From assembly GCA_049285535.1 (NCBI GenBank), contig JBAQAB010000311.1, forward strand, positions 1 through 54,427: DNA of 54,427 nt. The letters are read 5' to 3'. The stretch comes from Xanthobacteraceae bacterium. GTDB lineage: Bacteria; Pseudomonadota; Alphaproteobacteria; Rhizobiales; Xanthobacteraceae. The notes beneath the pieces are model-generated. The model was not told the origin of the DNA. It saw only the letters and a program-made list of their open reading frames with translations, and searched no databases. Position 1 is the first letter of the stretch; the number at the start of each line of letters is the position of its first letter. Position numbers and translations under genes: made by a program. Positions 30,513 to 38,552 of this stretch are shown piece by piece.

Positions 30513-30526
30513 ATTTAGGCCTAAAT
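30513..30526. promoter_or_regulatory. 14-bp perfect palindrome ATTTAGGCCTAAAT in the divergent tRNA-Asp / hup intergenic region
   Basis: Read directly. AT-rich dyad in a GC-rich spacer, 46 nt from the tRNA 5' end and about 170 nt upstream of the hup ATG. Confidence 0.2.
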
Positions 30527-30698
30527 CGGCCATTTCCGGCCGCCTTATGCTCGCCACAGAGCGCCCTCAGATAGCGCCGCAATGCCGAAAACATCGGTGG
30601 AATCGGCAAAACAAGCGTGGTCAGCCGGAGCCGAATCGTTTAACTGCTTCGCCGTGAGCGGCGCTTTTTCACGCCACCGCTTCATTGAGGAGGGACTA

Positions 30699-30995
30699 AT
30701 GGCAACCAAAACAACCGCTACTACCGTGACATTGAAGCATCTCGCCGCGAGCCTCGCGGAGGACAACGAGCTTTCCAAGAAGCAGGCCGAAGCCATCCTC
30801 GGCGGGCTGGTTGGCAATATCGTCAAGCACCTGAAGAAGGGCGAACGCATTCGCATCGGCGGCCTCGGCATTCTGCAAGTGCGCAAGCGTGCCGCGCGCA
30901 TGGGCCGCAATCCCGCCACCGGCGAACCGATTCAGATCAAGGCCAGCAAGAAAGTCGCGTTCCGCGCCTCAAAGGAACTCAAAGAGGCTATCTGA
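30699..30995 (+). CDS. hup: HU family DNA-binding protein
   Basis: GAGGAGGGA SD. MATKTT...KGERIRIGGLGILQVRKRAARMGRNPATGEPIQIKASKKVAFRASKELK carries the HU/IHF arm motif. Confidence 0.88.
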   Translation: MATKTTATTVTLKHLAASLAEDNELSKKQAEAILGGLVGNIVKHLKKGERIRIGGLGILQVRKRAARMGRNPATGEPIQIKASKKVAFRASKELKEAI

Positions 30996-31047
30996 TCGCC
31001 TCTGGTCATTAGGCCCGCGAAACGCGGGGCGGTGTGCCGCTCTCATT

Positions 31048-31098
31048 GCCCGCTTGCCATCGCAATCGAGACATTGCGTGGCAGCGGGCGATTTTTTT
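31048..31098 (+). terminator. rho-independent terminator of hup
   Basis: Long interrupted stem GCCCGCTTGCCA...TGGCAGCGGGC with an inner CGCAAT/ATTGCG pairing, then seven T residues. Confidence 0.7.
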
Positions 31099-31217
31099 GC
31101 GCCGAGCTGCGAAAAAAATTTGAAATTGGCTTGCCGAGCCGTAGCAAGCGCGAGGTCCGCCTACGCCCAAGATGGGCTTCAGCGCGACAGCCTTTGCAGC
31201 GCTACGCTTGCGAAGGC

Positions 31218-31293
31218 TGGTGGGCGGTGACGGACTCGAACCGCCGACATTCTGCGTGTAAAGCAGACGCTCTACCAACTGAGCTAACCGCCC
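31218..31293 (-). tRNA. tRNA-Val (TAC)
   Basis: Reverse complement GGGCGGTTAGCTCAGTTGGTAGAGCGTCTGCTTTACACGCAGAATGTCGGCGGTTCGAGTCCGTCACCGCCCACCA. Anticodon loop TTTACAC; CCA is encoded. Confidence 0.93.
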
Positions 31294-31459
31294 CGCCCAA
31301 GGTGTATCGCCACGCACCCGCGGCGGGCAAGCACGCCAATTAGGCCGGCGCATTATGGCATCAATCTCTGCGAGAAAATTTAATGTGCGCCGAATGGCAA
31401 AAAAGTATGGAATAAGAATCGAAGCCACAGAGCGGGCCGGATGCCCGAAGAGGGGGGTC

Positions 31460-31741
31460 ATGCTTCGTGTATCAATCCTGACGATCGCTTTAGCGTTTGC
31501 CGCCGGGACAACGGTTTTCGCTCAACAACTGCCGCCGCAACCGCCGCCGGTGAAGGGGATGAGCATAGGTGATGCGAATCCTCAGGAACGCGCCGCCTGT
31601 CATCCTGACGTGAGCAAATTCTGCCAGACTCAACTCGAGGTCAATCCGCAGGACGTGCTCGGCATTTTGGGCTGCCTGCAGGCGAACCGCTCTAAGATCA
31701 GCAGCGCCTGCCAGCAGGTCCTCGCAAGCCACGGCCAGTAA
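31460..31741 (+). CDS. secreted cysteine-rich-repeat protein
   Basis: Signal peptide MLRVSILTIALAFAAGTTVFA-QQ, then CHPDVSKFC...LGCLQANRSKISSAC, a Cys-rich repeat pattern. Confidence 0.6.
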   Translation: MLRVSILTIALAFAAGTTVFAQQLPPQPPPVKGMSIGDANPQERAACHPDVSKFCQTQLEVNPQDVLGILGCLQANRSKISSACQQVLASHGQ

Positions 31742-31782
31742 GGCCCGGTTTCCGATAAGGACTGACGGGCAAGGCCGCTATC

Positions 31783-31968
31783 TCACGACGCGTCGTGGTC
31801 CGCCGGGGCGGCCACGACGGCCGCATCGGCGTGCGCGACATGGTCTGCAAGCCGCACCCAGGACTGCGCCAATGTAAGCCAAAGCGCCTTGTCCTTGTCG
31901 TCCTCGGACAAGCGCGCCATTGCCACGCATTCTTCCGCACAGCGGCGGTGGTCAAGCATCGTCCCCAT
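31783..31968 (-). CDS. hypothetical 61-aa protein
   Basis: GGGAG SD lies 6 nt before ATG 31968. MGTMLDHRRCAEECVAMARLSEDDKDKALWLTLAQSWVRLADHV... Confidence 0.4.
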   Translation of the reverse strand: MGTMLDHRRCAEECVAMARLSEDDKDKALWLTLAQSWVRLADHVAHADAAVVAAPADHDAS

Positions 31969-32173
31969 GGAGCACTCCCACGCAACACCTACCAGGAAGC
32001 CGAATTCCACCCCGGGAGTGCGGCGGAGACGGGATCGTCGAAGGGCGGAACCTTGGCGAATTGGCAGCGATCAAGGGGTCCGGAACCCCAACTCCGCCCC
32101 CTTCAGAGGACGCCAGTGTCTTGTTCATCACGCATGACGAGGGATTAATTCTTTAAGGCCACAAGCGCCGCAA

Positions 32174-32202
32174 TCCACAGCTCAGCCCCAAGCTTTTATA
32201 AT
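32174..32202 (+). promoter_or_regulatory. sigma70-like promoter candidate for the DUF1127 gene
   Basis: TCCACA-N17-TATAAT (perfect -10) in a locally AT-rich spacer, about 140 nt upstream of ATG 32341. Confidence 0.3.
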
Positions 32203-32340
32203 CCTCTCATTAATCATGCATTTTTCTCCTAGCTGCACTGCACCAAAATAATTTTGCGACGCAGCATCAGTTCCTATATTCCCAACAACGATTCCGGCCA
32301 TCCGTTTGATTTTCGGCGGCCGAAAAAAGGGAATGAGACC

Positions 32341-32499
32341 ATGCTGTTATCGATTATCCGCTACTTCAACACCTGGAAGCGCTACGGCGTCGCCGTGGAC
32401 GAGCTTTCACACCTAAGCGACCGGGAATTGGCCGACATCGGCATCACCCGCAGCGATATCCCTCGCATTGCGTGGGAGCAGTCGCGTCACTTGGCATAA
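32341..32499 (+). CDS. DUF1127 domain small protein (52 aa)
   Basis: MLLSIIRYFNTWKRYGVAVDELSHLSDRELADIGITRSDIPRIAWE matches the LxxLsDreLaDIGitRsdI DUF1127 signature. Confidence 0.75.
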   Translation: MLLSIIRYFNTWKRYGVAVDELSHLSDRELADIGITRSDIPRIAWEQSRHLA

Positions 32500-32579
32500 A
32501 GCCGATTACGCTATCGTATCGGCATTCAGCGCCCGGCTTCGGCCGGGCGCCGCCGTTTTGGGGACCGGCGCTCGCAGCC

Positions 32580-33344
32580 CTAGGACGCCGGTTCCATCCC
32601 TTTCGCCTTGATGATCGGGAGGGCGCTGGGCCCGGCGAGAAATTTGACCAGGGCGCGCGCCGTGTTGCCGTCTTTGGCCATGGCACCGACGCCTGCCGCG
32701 TAGACCGTGAAATTCTGGATTTCAGGCGGCAGCGGCCCGACCAGCCTCACGCCGGCAACCGGCAGGATTTCACTGATCTGGTGTATGCCAATCTCGGCTT
32801 CACCATCGGCGACATGGTCCGCCACCGCGCCACCATGAACCAGCACTGCCTTGGCATTGACCTGATCGGCAATGCCGAGCCGAACCAATAAACCTTCGAC
32901 GTAGATCCCGCTTGATCCGCCGGCCTTCGGATCGATAAAGGCGACCGATTTGGCGGTGAGGAGCGCCCGCTTAAAAGCATCGACGGTCGAGATATCCGGT
33001 GCCGGAGCGCCGGCCTTGACCACGACGCCAATCCCGGTTTTTGCCAGATCGGCCCGGGTGCCGGCGACGACCTTGCCCTGCTTGGCCAAATCGTCGATTG
33101 CCGCAGGGGTCAGAACGGCGACATCGAACTCTTCCTGACCGCCGCGGATCAGGTCGAGGTGCTGTCCGACAGTGCGGTAGGTGATGTCGAGCTTGATACC
33201 GGTCTCTTTCCGGTACTCCGCGGCGAGCGCATTAAGAACCTGCTTGAAAGCGCCGCCGCTGACGACTTTGATCTCGGCGGCTTGAGCGAGCTGCGACATC
33301 GCGAGCGACAGCGCGGTTGCGAGGACGGCGGGCAAAAGTCTCAT
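32580..33344 (-). CDS. periplasmic solute-binding protein (ModA/PBP2-like), orphan
   Basis: Signal peptide MRLLPAVLATALSLAMSQLAQA-AEIKVVSGGAF... type II PBP pattern. No permease or ATPase gene is adjacent. Confidence 0.6.
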   Translation of the reverse strand: MRLLPAVLATALSLAMSQLAQAAEIKVVSGGAFKQVLNALAAEYRKETGIKLDITYRTVGQHLDLIRGGQEEFDVAVLTPAAIDDLAKQGKVVAGTRADLAKTGIGVVVKAGAPAPDISTVDAFKRALLTAKSVAFIDPKAGGSSGIYVEGLLVRLGIADQVNAKAVLVHGGAVADHVADGEAEIGIHQISEILPVAGVRLVGPLPPEIQNFTVYAAGVGAMAKDGNTARALVKFLAGPSALPIIKAKGMEPAS

Positions 33345-33354
33345 CCGATCCCCC

Positions 33355-33852
33355 TCACCGCTTGAACAGGCCCATCAGCTCGGCCTTCGCCAGCGTGTTG
33401 AAATGCAGGTTGAAGCCGACAACCGCCGCCGAGGTGTCGGCCTTGACGTCGAGCTTGTCGGTCTTCACGGCGAATACCGTGAACAAATAGCGATGCGGAT
33501 GATCGCCTTCGGGCGGGCACGGACCGCCATAACCGGGCGCGCCGAAATCGGTGCGCGTCTGCAAGGCCCCCGGGGGCAGCTTGCCGGGCGCGCTGCCTGC
33601 GCCCTCGGCAAGCTCGCCTACATTCGCCGGGATGTTGACCACCAGCCAATGCCAGAAGCCCGAACCAGTCGGCGCATCGGGATCGTAGCAGGTCACGGCG
33701 AAGCTTTTCGTTTCCGCCGGCGCGCCCGACCATTTCAGATGCGGCGACTTGTTGCCCCCGGCGCAACCGAAACCGAAATCGGCCGAGAGGATGAAATCCT
33801 TCGGCATGTAGCCGCCGTCCTTGAAACTGGTGCTGGTGACCGTGAACGCCAT
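33355..33852 (-). CDS. YbhB/YbcL family Raf-kinase-inhibitor-like (PEBP) protein
   Basis: GGNKSPHLKWSGAP...CYDPDAPTGSGFWHWLVVNIP...GYGGPCPPEGDHPHRYLFTVFA is the PEBP signature. Confidence 0.8.
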   Translation of the reverse strand: MAFTVTSTSFKDGGYMPKDFILSADFGFGCAGGNKSPHLKWSGAPAETKSFAVTCYDPDAPTGSGFWHWLVVNIPANVGELAEGAGSAPGKLPPGALQTRTDFGAPGYGGPCPPEGDHPHRYLFTVFAVKTDKLDVKADTSAAVVGFNLHFNTLAKAELMGLFKR

Positions 33853-33980
33853 TGTCGTCTCCTTTCGGCGCTGAGGTCGCGCCGGAGCAGCGGGGAGAAG
33901 ACGTCACCATATTCCGGCTGGCGGGCGTCGAAAAGGTTGGCGCTGTCGCCTTTGCGCCGCACGCGTGATAGCGGTGCGCC

Positions 33981-34457
33981 ATGCCGGTATTAATGCTCAA
34001 CGAAGCGGCCGCCCTGCTACCGGCGCGTGGCAGCCTGATTGGCCTCGACCTCGGCACTAAAACCATCGGCGTTGCCGCCAGCGATCCGGATCGGCGCATC
34101 GCGGCACCGGTGAAAACCATCGCCCGCAAGCGGTTCGGTCTCGACGCGGCGCGTATCTTGGAACTCGCCGCCGAGCGGCGCACCGTCGGCATCGTGCTCG
34201 GACTGCCAATCAATATGGACGGGTCGGAAGGAGCGCGAGCGCAGTCGACGCGGGCCTTCGCCCGCAACCTCGCGCGTCTGACGGAACTTCCCATCGCCTT
34301 ATGGGATGAGCGGCTGTCCACTGCGGCCGTCGAACGCGCGTTGATCGCCGCCGATGCCAGCCGAGCCAAGCGCAAAGCAGTCATCGATCAACATGCTGCC
34401 GCCTATATTCTGCAGGGCGCGCTCGACCGGCTGACGCGCCATTTAGCGGACGGTTGA
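33981..34457 (+). CDS. ruvX: Holliday junction resolvase-like protein RuvX (YqgF)
   Basis: LIGLDLGTKTIGVAASD...GIVLGLPINMDGSEG...WDERLST is the YqgF pattern. Confidence 0.85.
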   Translation: MPVLMLNEAAALLPARGSLIGLDLGTKTIGVAASDPDRRIAAPVKTIARKRFGLDAARILELAAERRTVGIVLGLPINMDGSEGARAQSTRAFARNLARLTELPIALWDERLSTAAVERALIAADASRAKRKAVIDQHAAAYILQGALDRLTRHLADG

Positions 34458-34692
34458 GGCCGCCGCCGAATCGGGCGACTTACGCCGCCGAACTATCGCG
34501 CCGGCCAGGGCGCTGACGAAGGAAATCGTTGCCACGATCGCGGTTCCCACCGCATATCCCGCGAAAATGTCCAACATCGCACTTCTCCGCCGGCCTGTGG
34601 CGCATCCGCAATAACGAACGATAAGTTCCGCGAATTCCTGCCTATGTTCTGTGCTGGACGTCACATTCAAACGCGAAAAATGGGCCGCAGCG

Positions 34693-36321
34693 TCAATGCT
34701 CCGGCAAGGCGCGTTGCAGCAGCATTTCCATTGCCGCGTTGTTCATTCGGCCGGTGCCGTAAAGCGCGCCATGCGGATTATCCAGCCGCGTATGCATAAA
34801 AATTTCGGTGACAGCGGTGGGCGTGCTGGCCTTTAACGCCGCGACGCTCGCCGTGAGCGCCAATCGGCCGACCGTCTCTCGCGCGCTACCTTCATCGACT
34901 GATCGCAAATCCACCGCCTCGATCCCGGCCGACCTGCCGGCATCGCGTGCCACGGTCGTCACCACCGCGGCCTCCTCCTCCCGCTTGAGCGCACGCAACA
35001 CGTCGAGGCACATTACATTGCCGGAACCTTCCCAGATCGCGTTGACCGGCGCTTCTCGATAGAGCCGCGGCAGGATGCTCTCTTCGACGTAACCGTTGCC
35101 GCCGAGGCATTCCATCGCCTCGAAGACGAAGCCGGGCGAGCGCTTGCAAATCCAATATTTTGCCACCGGCGTCATGACGCGTGCGTAGGCGGCTTCGCCG
35201 GGATCGTCCGCGGCTTGGTCGAGCGCGCGCGCGAGGCGGAACACCAAAGCGACCGCCGCTTCGACCTCGAGTGCCATGTCTGCCAGCACGGCGCGCATCA
35301 TCGGCTGATCGTAAAGCCTTTTGCCGAAGACGTTGCGATGGCGGCAATGATGTACGGCCTGCGCCAGTCCCATGCGCATCAGGCCAGCCGAGGCAAGCGC
35401 GCAGTCGAGTCGCGTCAGCTGCACCATTTGCAAAATGGTGCGGATGCCGGCGCCCTCTTCGCCGACTCGCCAGGCGGAGGCGTCCATGAACTCGACCTCG
35501 CCCGACGCGTTCGAACGGTTGCCGAGCTTGTCCTTCAAGCGTTGAAATCGAAGCGCGTTGACCGAGCCGTCGAGGCGGAAACGCGGCAGCAGAAAGCACG
35601 TAAGCCCGCCGGGCGCCTGCGCCAAGATCAGGAATGCGTCGCACATCGGCGCCGACAAAAACCATTTATGGCCGACGACCGAATAGGCGTCGCCGTCCGG
35701 CGTCGCGGTCGTGGTGTTGGCGCGCACGTCGGTACCGCCCTGCTTTTCCGTCATCCCCATGCCAAGCGTCATGCCGGATTTATCGCGCCAGGGCCGAAAC
35801 AACGGATCGTAATTGCGCGTGACAACCTTGGGGACGACCTTGGCAGCAAGCTCCGGCTCGGCAGCAAGCGCGGCGAGCGCGGCTCGTGTCATGGTCACCG
35901 GGCAAAGATGACCGGTCTCGACCTGCGCCGCCATATAGAAGCGCGCCGCGCGTACCACCTCCGCCGGCGCCGACGCGCGGTCGCCTGACGGAGTCCAGGT
36001 GGAGGCATGCAGCCCGGCCGCGATGCTTTCGCGCATGAAGCGGTGATAGGCCGGATGGAACTCGACGGTGTCGCTGCGATAGCCCTTGGCGTCGAAAATC
36101 CGCAGCTTCGGCGGATTTTCGTTGGCCTGCCGGCCTAGAGCGAACATATCTGCGGTGCCCCATTGCTTGCCGAAGGCAGCGAGCGTGGACAACTCTGAAG
36201 CCGCACCGTTCGCTTTGACCGCGTCTTGCAATGGCGCGTCGCTCGCGAACAGATCGACGTTTTCGTAAGCCGGCGACTGGTTGAAAACCTCGTGCGTGTC
36301 GAAGCGGGAGCGGGCAGCCAT
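34693..36321 (-). CDS. AidB-like acyl-CoA dehydrogenase family protein
   Basis: About 540 aa. THEVFNQSPAYENVDLFASDAPLQDAV N-terminus plus acyl-CoA dehydrogenase core, typical of the AidB subfamily. The start is taken at ATG 36321. Confidence 0.75.
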   Translation of the reverse strand: MAARSRFDTHEVFNQSPAYENVDLFASDAPLQDAVKANGAASELSTLAAFGKQWGTADMFALGRQANENPPKLRIFDAKGYRSDTVEFHPAYHRFMRESIAAGLHASTWTPSGDRASAPAEVVRAARFYMAAQVETGHLCPVTMTRAALAALAAEPELAAKVVPKVVTRNYDPLFRPWRDKSGMTLGMGMTEKQGGTDVRANTTTATPDGDAYSVVGHKWFLSAPMCDAFLILAQAPGGLTCFLLPRFRLDGSVNALRFQRLKDKLGNRSNASGEVEFMDASAWRVGEEGAGIRTILQMVQLTRLDCALASAGLMRMGLAQAVHHCRHRNVFGKRLYDQPMMRAVLADMALEVEAAVALVFRLARALDQAADDPGEAAYARVMTPVAKYWICKRSPGFVFEAMECLGGNGYVEESILPRLYREAPVNAIWEGSGNVMCLDVLRALKREEEAAVVTTVARDAGRSAGIEAVDLRSVDEGSARETVGRLALTASVAALKASTPTAVTEIFMHTRLDNPHGALYGTGRMNNAAMEMLLQRALPEH

Positions 36322-36453
36322 GGCGACTCGCGTCTTTTGCGGCGCCAATCGTAGCACGCCGGAGCGCGGGCAGCGGTTTCCGGTGCATCACCTTCCCGCG
36401 CCGGCAAAGCGGGCTTGCTCCGACGCGCCAATTGGGCCTATAGCACCGCTTTA

Positions 36454-37896
36454 ATGACCAAAGCGCTCCCGCCGACGCGTCACATTATTTCGATCAATGA
36501 CCTCACCAATAAGGAGATCGAGACGATCTTCGAGGTCGCTCAGGGGTTTTTAAAGGAACTCGCCGACGAAAACGTCTCCTACCGGATCGGACGTTCCACC
36601 GATCTGGCATCGAAATTCATCCTGGCAAGCCTGTTTTACGAGCCGTCCACGCGCACGCGCCTGTCGTTCGAAAGCGCGATGCTCCGGCTCGGAGGCGCCA
36701 ACATCACCAGCGCCGATCCGACAGTCAGCTCCGCGGCCAAGGGCGAAAGCCTGGCCGATACCATCCGAGTGATTGCCAATTACGCCGACATTGTCGTCAT
36801 CCGCCACCCGCGCGACGGCGCGGCGCGGCTGGCGGCCGAATATTCGCAGATCCCGGTGATCAATGGCGGCGACGGCAGCCACGAGCACCCCACACAGACG
36901 CTGTGCGACCTTTTCACGCTGAAATCGAAAAAGAAGACGCTGAAAAACATGAAGGTCGCGATTTCCGGCGACCTCAAAGGCAGCCGCACCATCCACTCCT
37001 TCGTCTATGCGCTGGCCCGCTTCGGCGCCACCATCGATCCGCTGCCCGCTCCCGGCATGGAACTGCCGGCGCATGTCGACCGCCGGCTGCGCGAGGAATT
37101 TCACTGCCGCATGGTGTCCAAGGATCCCGGCCAGCTGCCGGGCAGCGCGATCGACGCGCTCTATGTCACCGCGGACCAACCGCATCAGCTCTCGCTCATT
37201 CCCGATCCCGAAATCGACTACGGCTTCCTGGTGCAGCAGAAAACCGACGCGGTCTATGTCACGCGCTTCCAGAAGGAGCGTTGGGCCGAGAAAGAGCGGC
37301 CGTATCCGAAAATCGATGCAAAATTCCTCGATCAGGCAAAATACTCGGAAGCGAGCGTCATGCATCCCCTGCCGCGCGTCAACGAGCTCGATGCCTCGTT
37401 CGACAGCGACCGCCGCGCCATTTATTTCCAGCAAGCCGCCTACGGCGTGCCGATCCGCATGGCGCTAATTTCGTTGATGCTGCATCTGCATAAGAATAAG
37501 TCGTTGCAAAAATTCGCCGGCGGCTTCGCCAGGCCGGATCATCCGGTCTATGCACAACCGATCGGAACAGGCCTGAATTGCGACAACCCGAATTGTATCA
37601 CAGCCGATCCCGCCGAACGGCAATATGCGGCCAACAAGTTCTACGTCATCGAAGAGGACTCACCTCGGCGCTGCATGCTGCGCTGCGTTTACTGTGAGAA
37701 GGACGTCGGCGAAGGCACCGACGCGCAATTCGTCGTGGCCGATACGACGCGAAAAACTTTTTCGCCTGGATTGGGGGCGCTTGCCGGAGCGTCCGCTGAC
37801 AAGCTTAAGCACGTGGTGATCTACCTGACGGAGGCTGATGCTCTCGCGGCCGGTTTTACACCGCGCGACGGCGGCAAAAAGGCCCGCGTCGGCTAG
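36454..37896 (+). CDS. pyrB: aspartate carbamoyltransferase catalytic chain fused to a PyrI-type C-terminal zinc domain plus ~65-aa tail
   Basis: Catalytic motifs STRTR, HPTQ and HPLPR are present. After ~aa 360 of the ORF: [42 protein letters not shown], compared with E. coli PyrI CPNSNCIS...LKCKYCEKE. Confidence 0.8.
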   Translation: MTKALPPTRHIISINDLTNKEIETIFEVAQGFLKELADENVSYRIGRSTDLASKFILASLFYEPSTRTRLSFESAMLRLGGANITSADPTVSSAAKGESLADTIRVIANYADIVVIRHPRDGAARLAAEYSQIPVINGGDGSHEHPTQTLCDLFTLKSKKKTLKNMKVAISGDLKGSRTIHSFVYALARFGATIDPLPAPGMELPAHVDRRLREEFHCRMVSKDPGQLPGSAIDALYVTADQPHQLSLIPDPEIDYGFLVQQKTDAVYVTRFQKERWAEKERPYPKIDAKFLDQAKYSEASVMHPLPRVNELDASFDSDRRAIYFQQAAYGVPIRMALISLMLHLHKNKSLQKFAGGFARPDHPVYAQPIGTGLNCDNPNCITADPAERQYAANKFYVIEEDSPRRCMLRCVYCEKDVGEGTDAQFVVADTTRKTFSPGLGALAGASADKLKHVVIYLTEADALAAGFTPRDGGKKARVG

Positions 37897-37946
37897 GCAA
37901 CGTTGCGCTATTTTCCCGGTCCGGCTTCGGGCAATATCCCGCCGCC

Positions 37947-38552
37947 ATGCTGCATCCCATCGACGACATCGCGGCCTTTCTATTCGGCTATCTGTGCGGC
38001 GCCATTCCGTTCGGTGTGCTGATCACTCGGTTCGCCGGCGCGCCGGATGTGCGCTCCATCGGCTCGGGCAATATCGGCGCCACTAACGTCTTGCGCACCG
38101 GCCGAAAAGGCCTTGCCGCGGCGACGCTTCTCGGCGACATGCTCAAGGGCACCGCCGCGGTCGCCGTCGCCAACGCTCTCTTCGGCGGCGAGGCTGCGAT
38201 CGTCGCCGCGCTCGGCGCCTTTCTCGGCCATCTTTTTCCGGTCTGGCTCGGCTTTAAGGGCGGCAAGGGCGTGGCGACGTTCATCGGGCTCCTGCTCGGC
38301 TTTGGCGCCTGGATTGCACTCGTCGCCTTCGCGGTTCTGTGGCTCGTTGTGGCGACAGTGACCCGCTATTCGTCGCTCGCGGCCCTGATCGCCAGCGCGG
38401 CGACGCCCGCCGTGCTGTGGTGGAGCGGCAATCTGCCGGAAGCGGAACTGTTTCTGCTGCTTGCAGTGCTGCTCTGGATCATGCACCGCGCCAATATCGC
38501 TCGCCTCGTCGCCGGCACCGAAAGCAAGATCGGCAGCAAATCGGAGCGGTAA
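37947..38552 (+). CDS. plsY: glycerol-3-phosphate acyltransferase PlsY
   Basis: [14 protein letters not shown]...[19 protein letters not shown]...GGKGVAT motifs. Confidence 0.9.
   Translation: MLHPIDDIAAFLFGYLCGAIPFGVLITRFAGAPDVRSIGSGNIGATNVLRTGRKGLAAATLLGDMLKGTAAVAVANALFGGEAAIVAALGAFLGHLFPVWLGFKGGKGVATFIGLLLGFGAWIALVAFAVLWLVVATVTRYSSLAALIASAATPAVLWWSGNLPEAELFLLLAVLLWIMHRANIARLVAGTESKIGSKSER

Noticed and set aside
31009-31461. ORFs overlapping tRNA-Val (31009-31461 minus, 31032-31343 plus)
   Set aside because: They run through a tRNA gene and the hup terminator, so they are not plausible CDSs.
33341-34384. 347-aa minus-strand ORF spanning the PEBP gene and ruvX
   Set aside because: It overlaps two well-supported genes on both strands, and its Arg/Ala/Ser-rich translation shows no domain signature.
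34443-34670. 75-aa minus-strand ORF with a possible single TM helix, overlapping the ruvX 3' end
   Set aside because: It has no SD and no recognisable family, it overlaps ruvX, and its start is ambiguous. The evidence is insufficient to call it.
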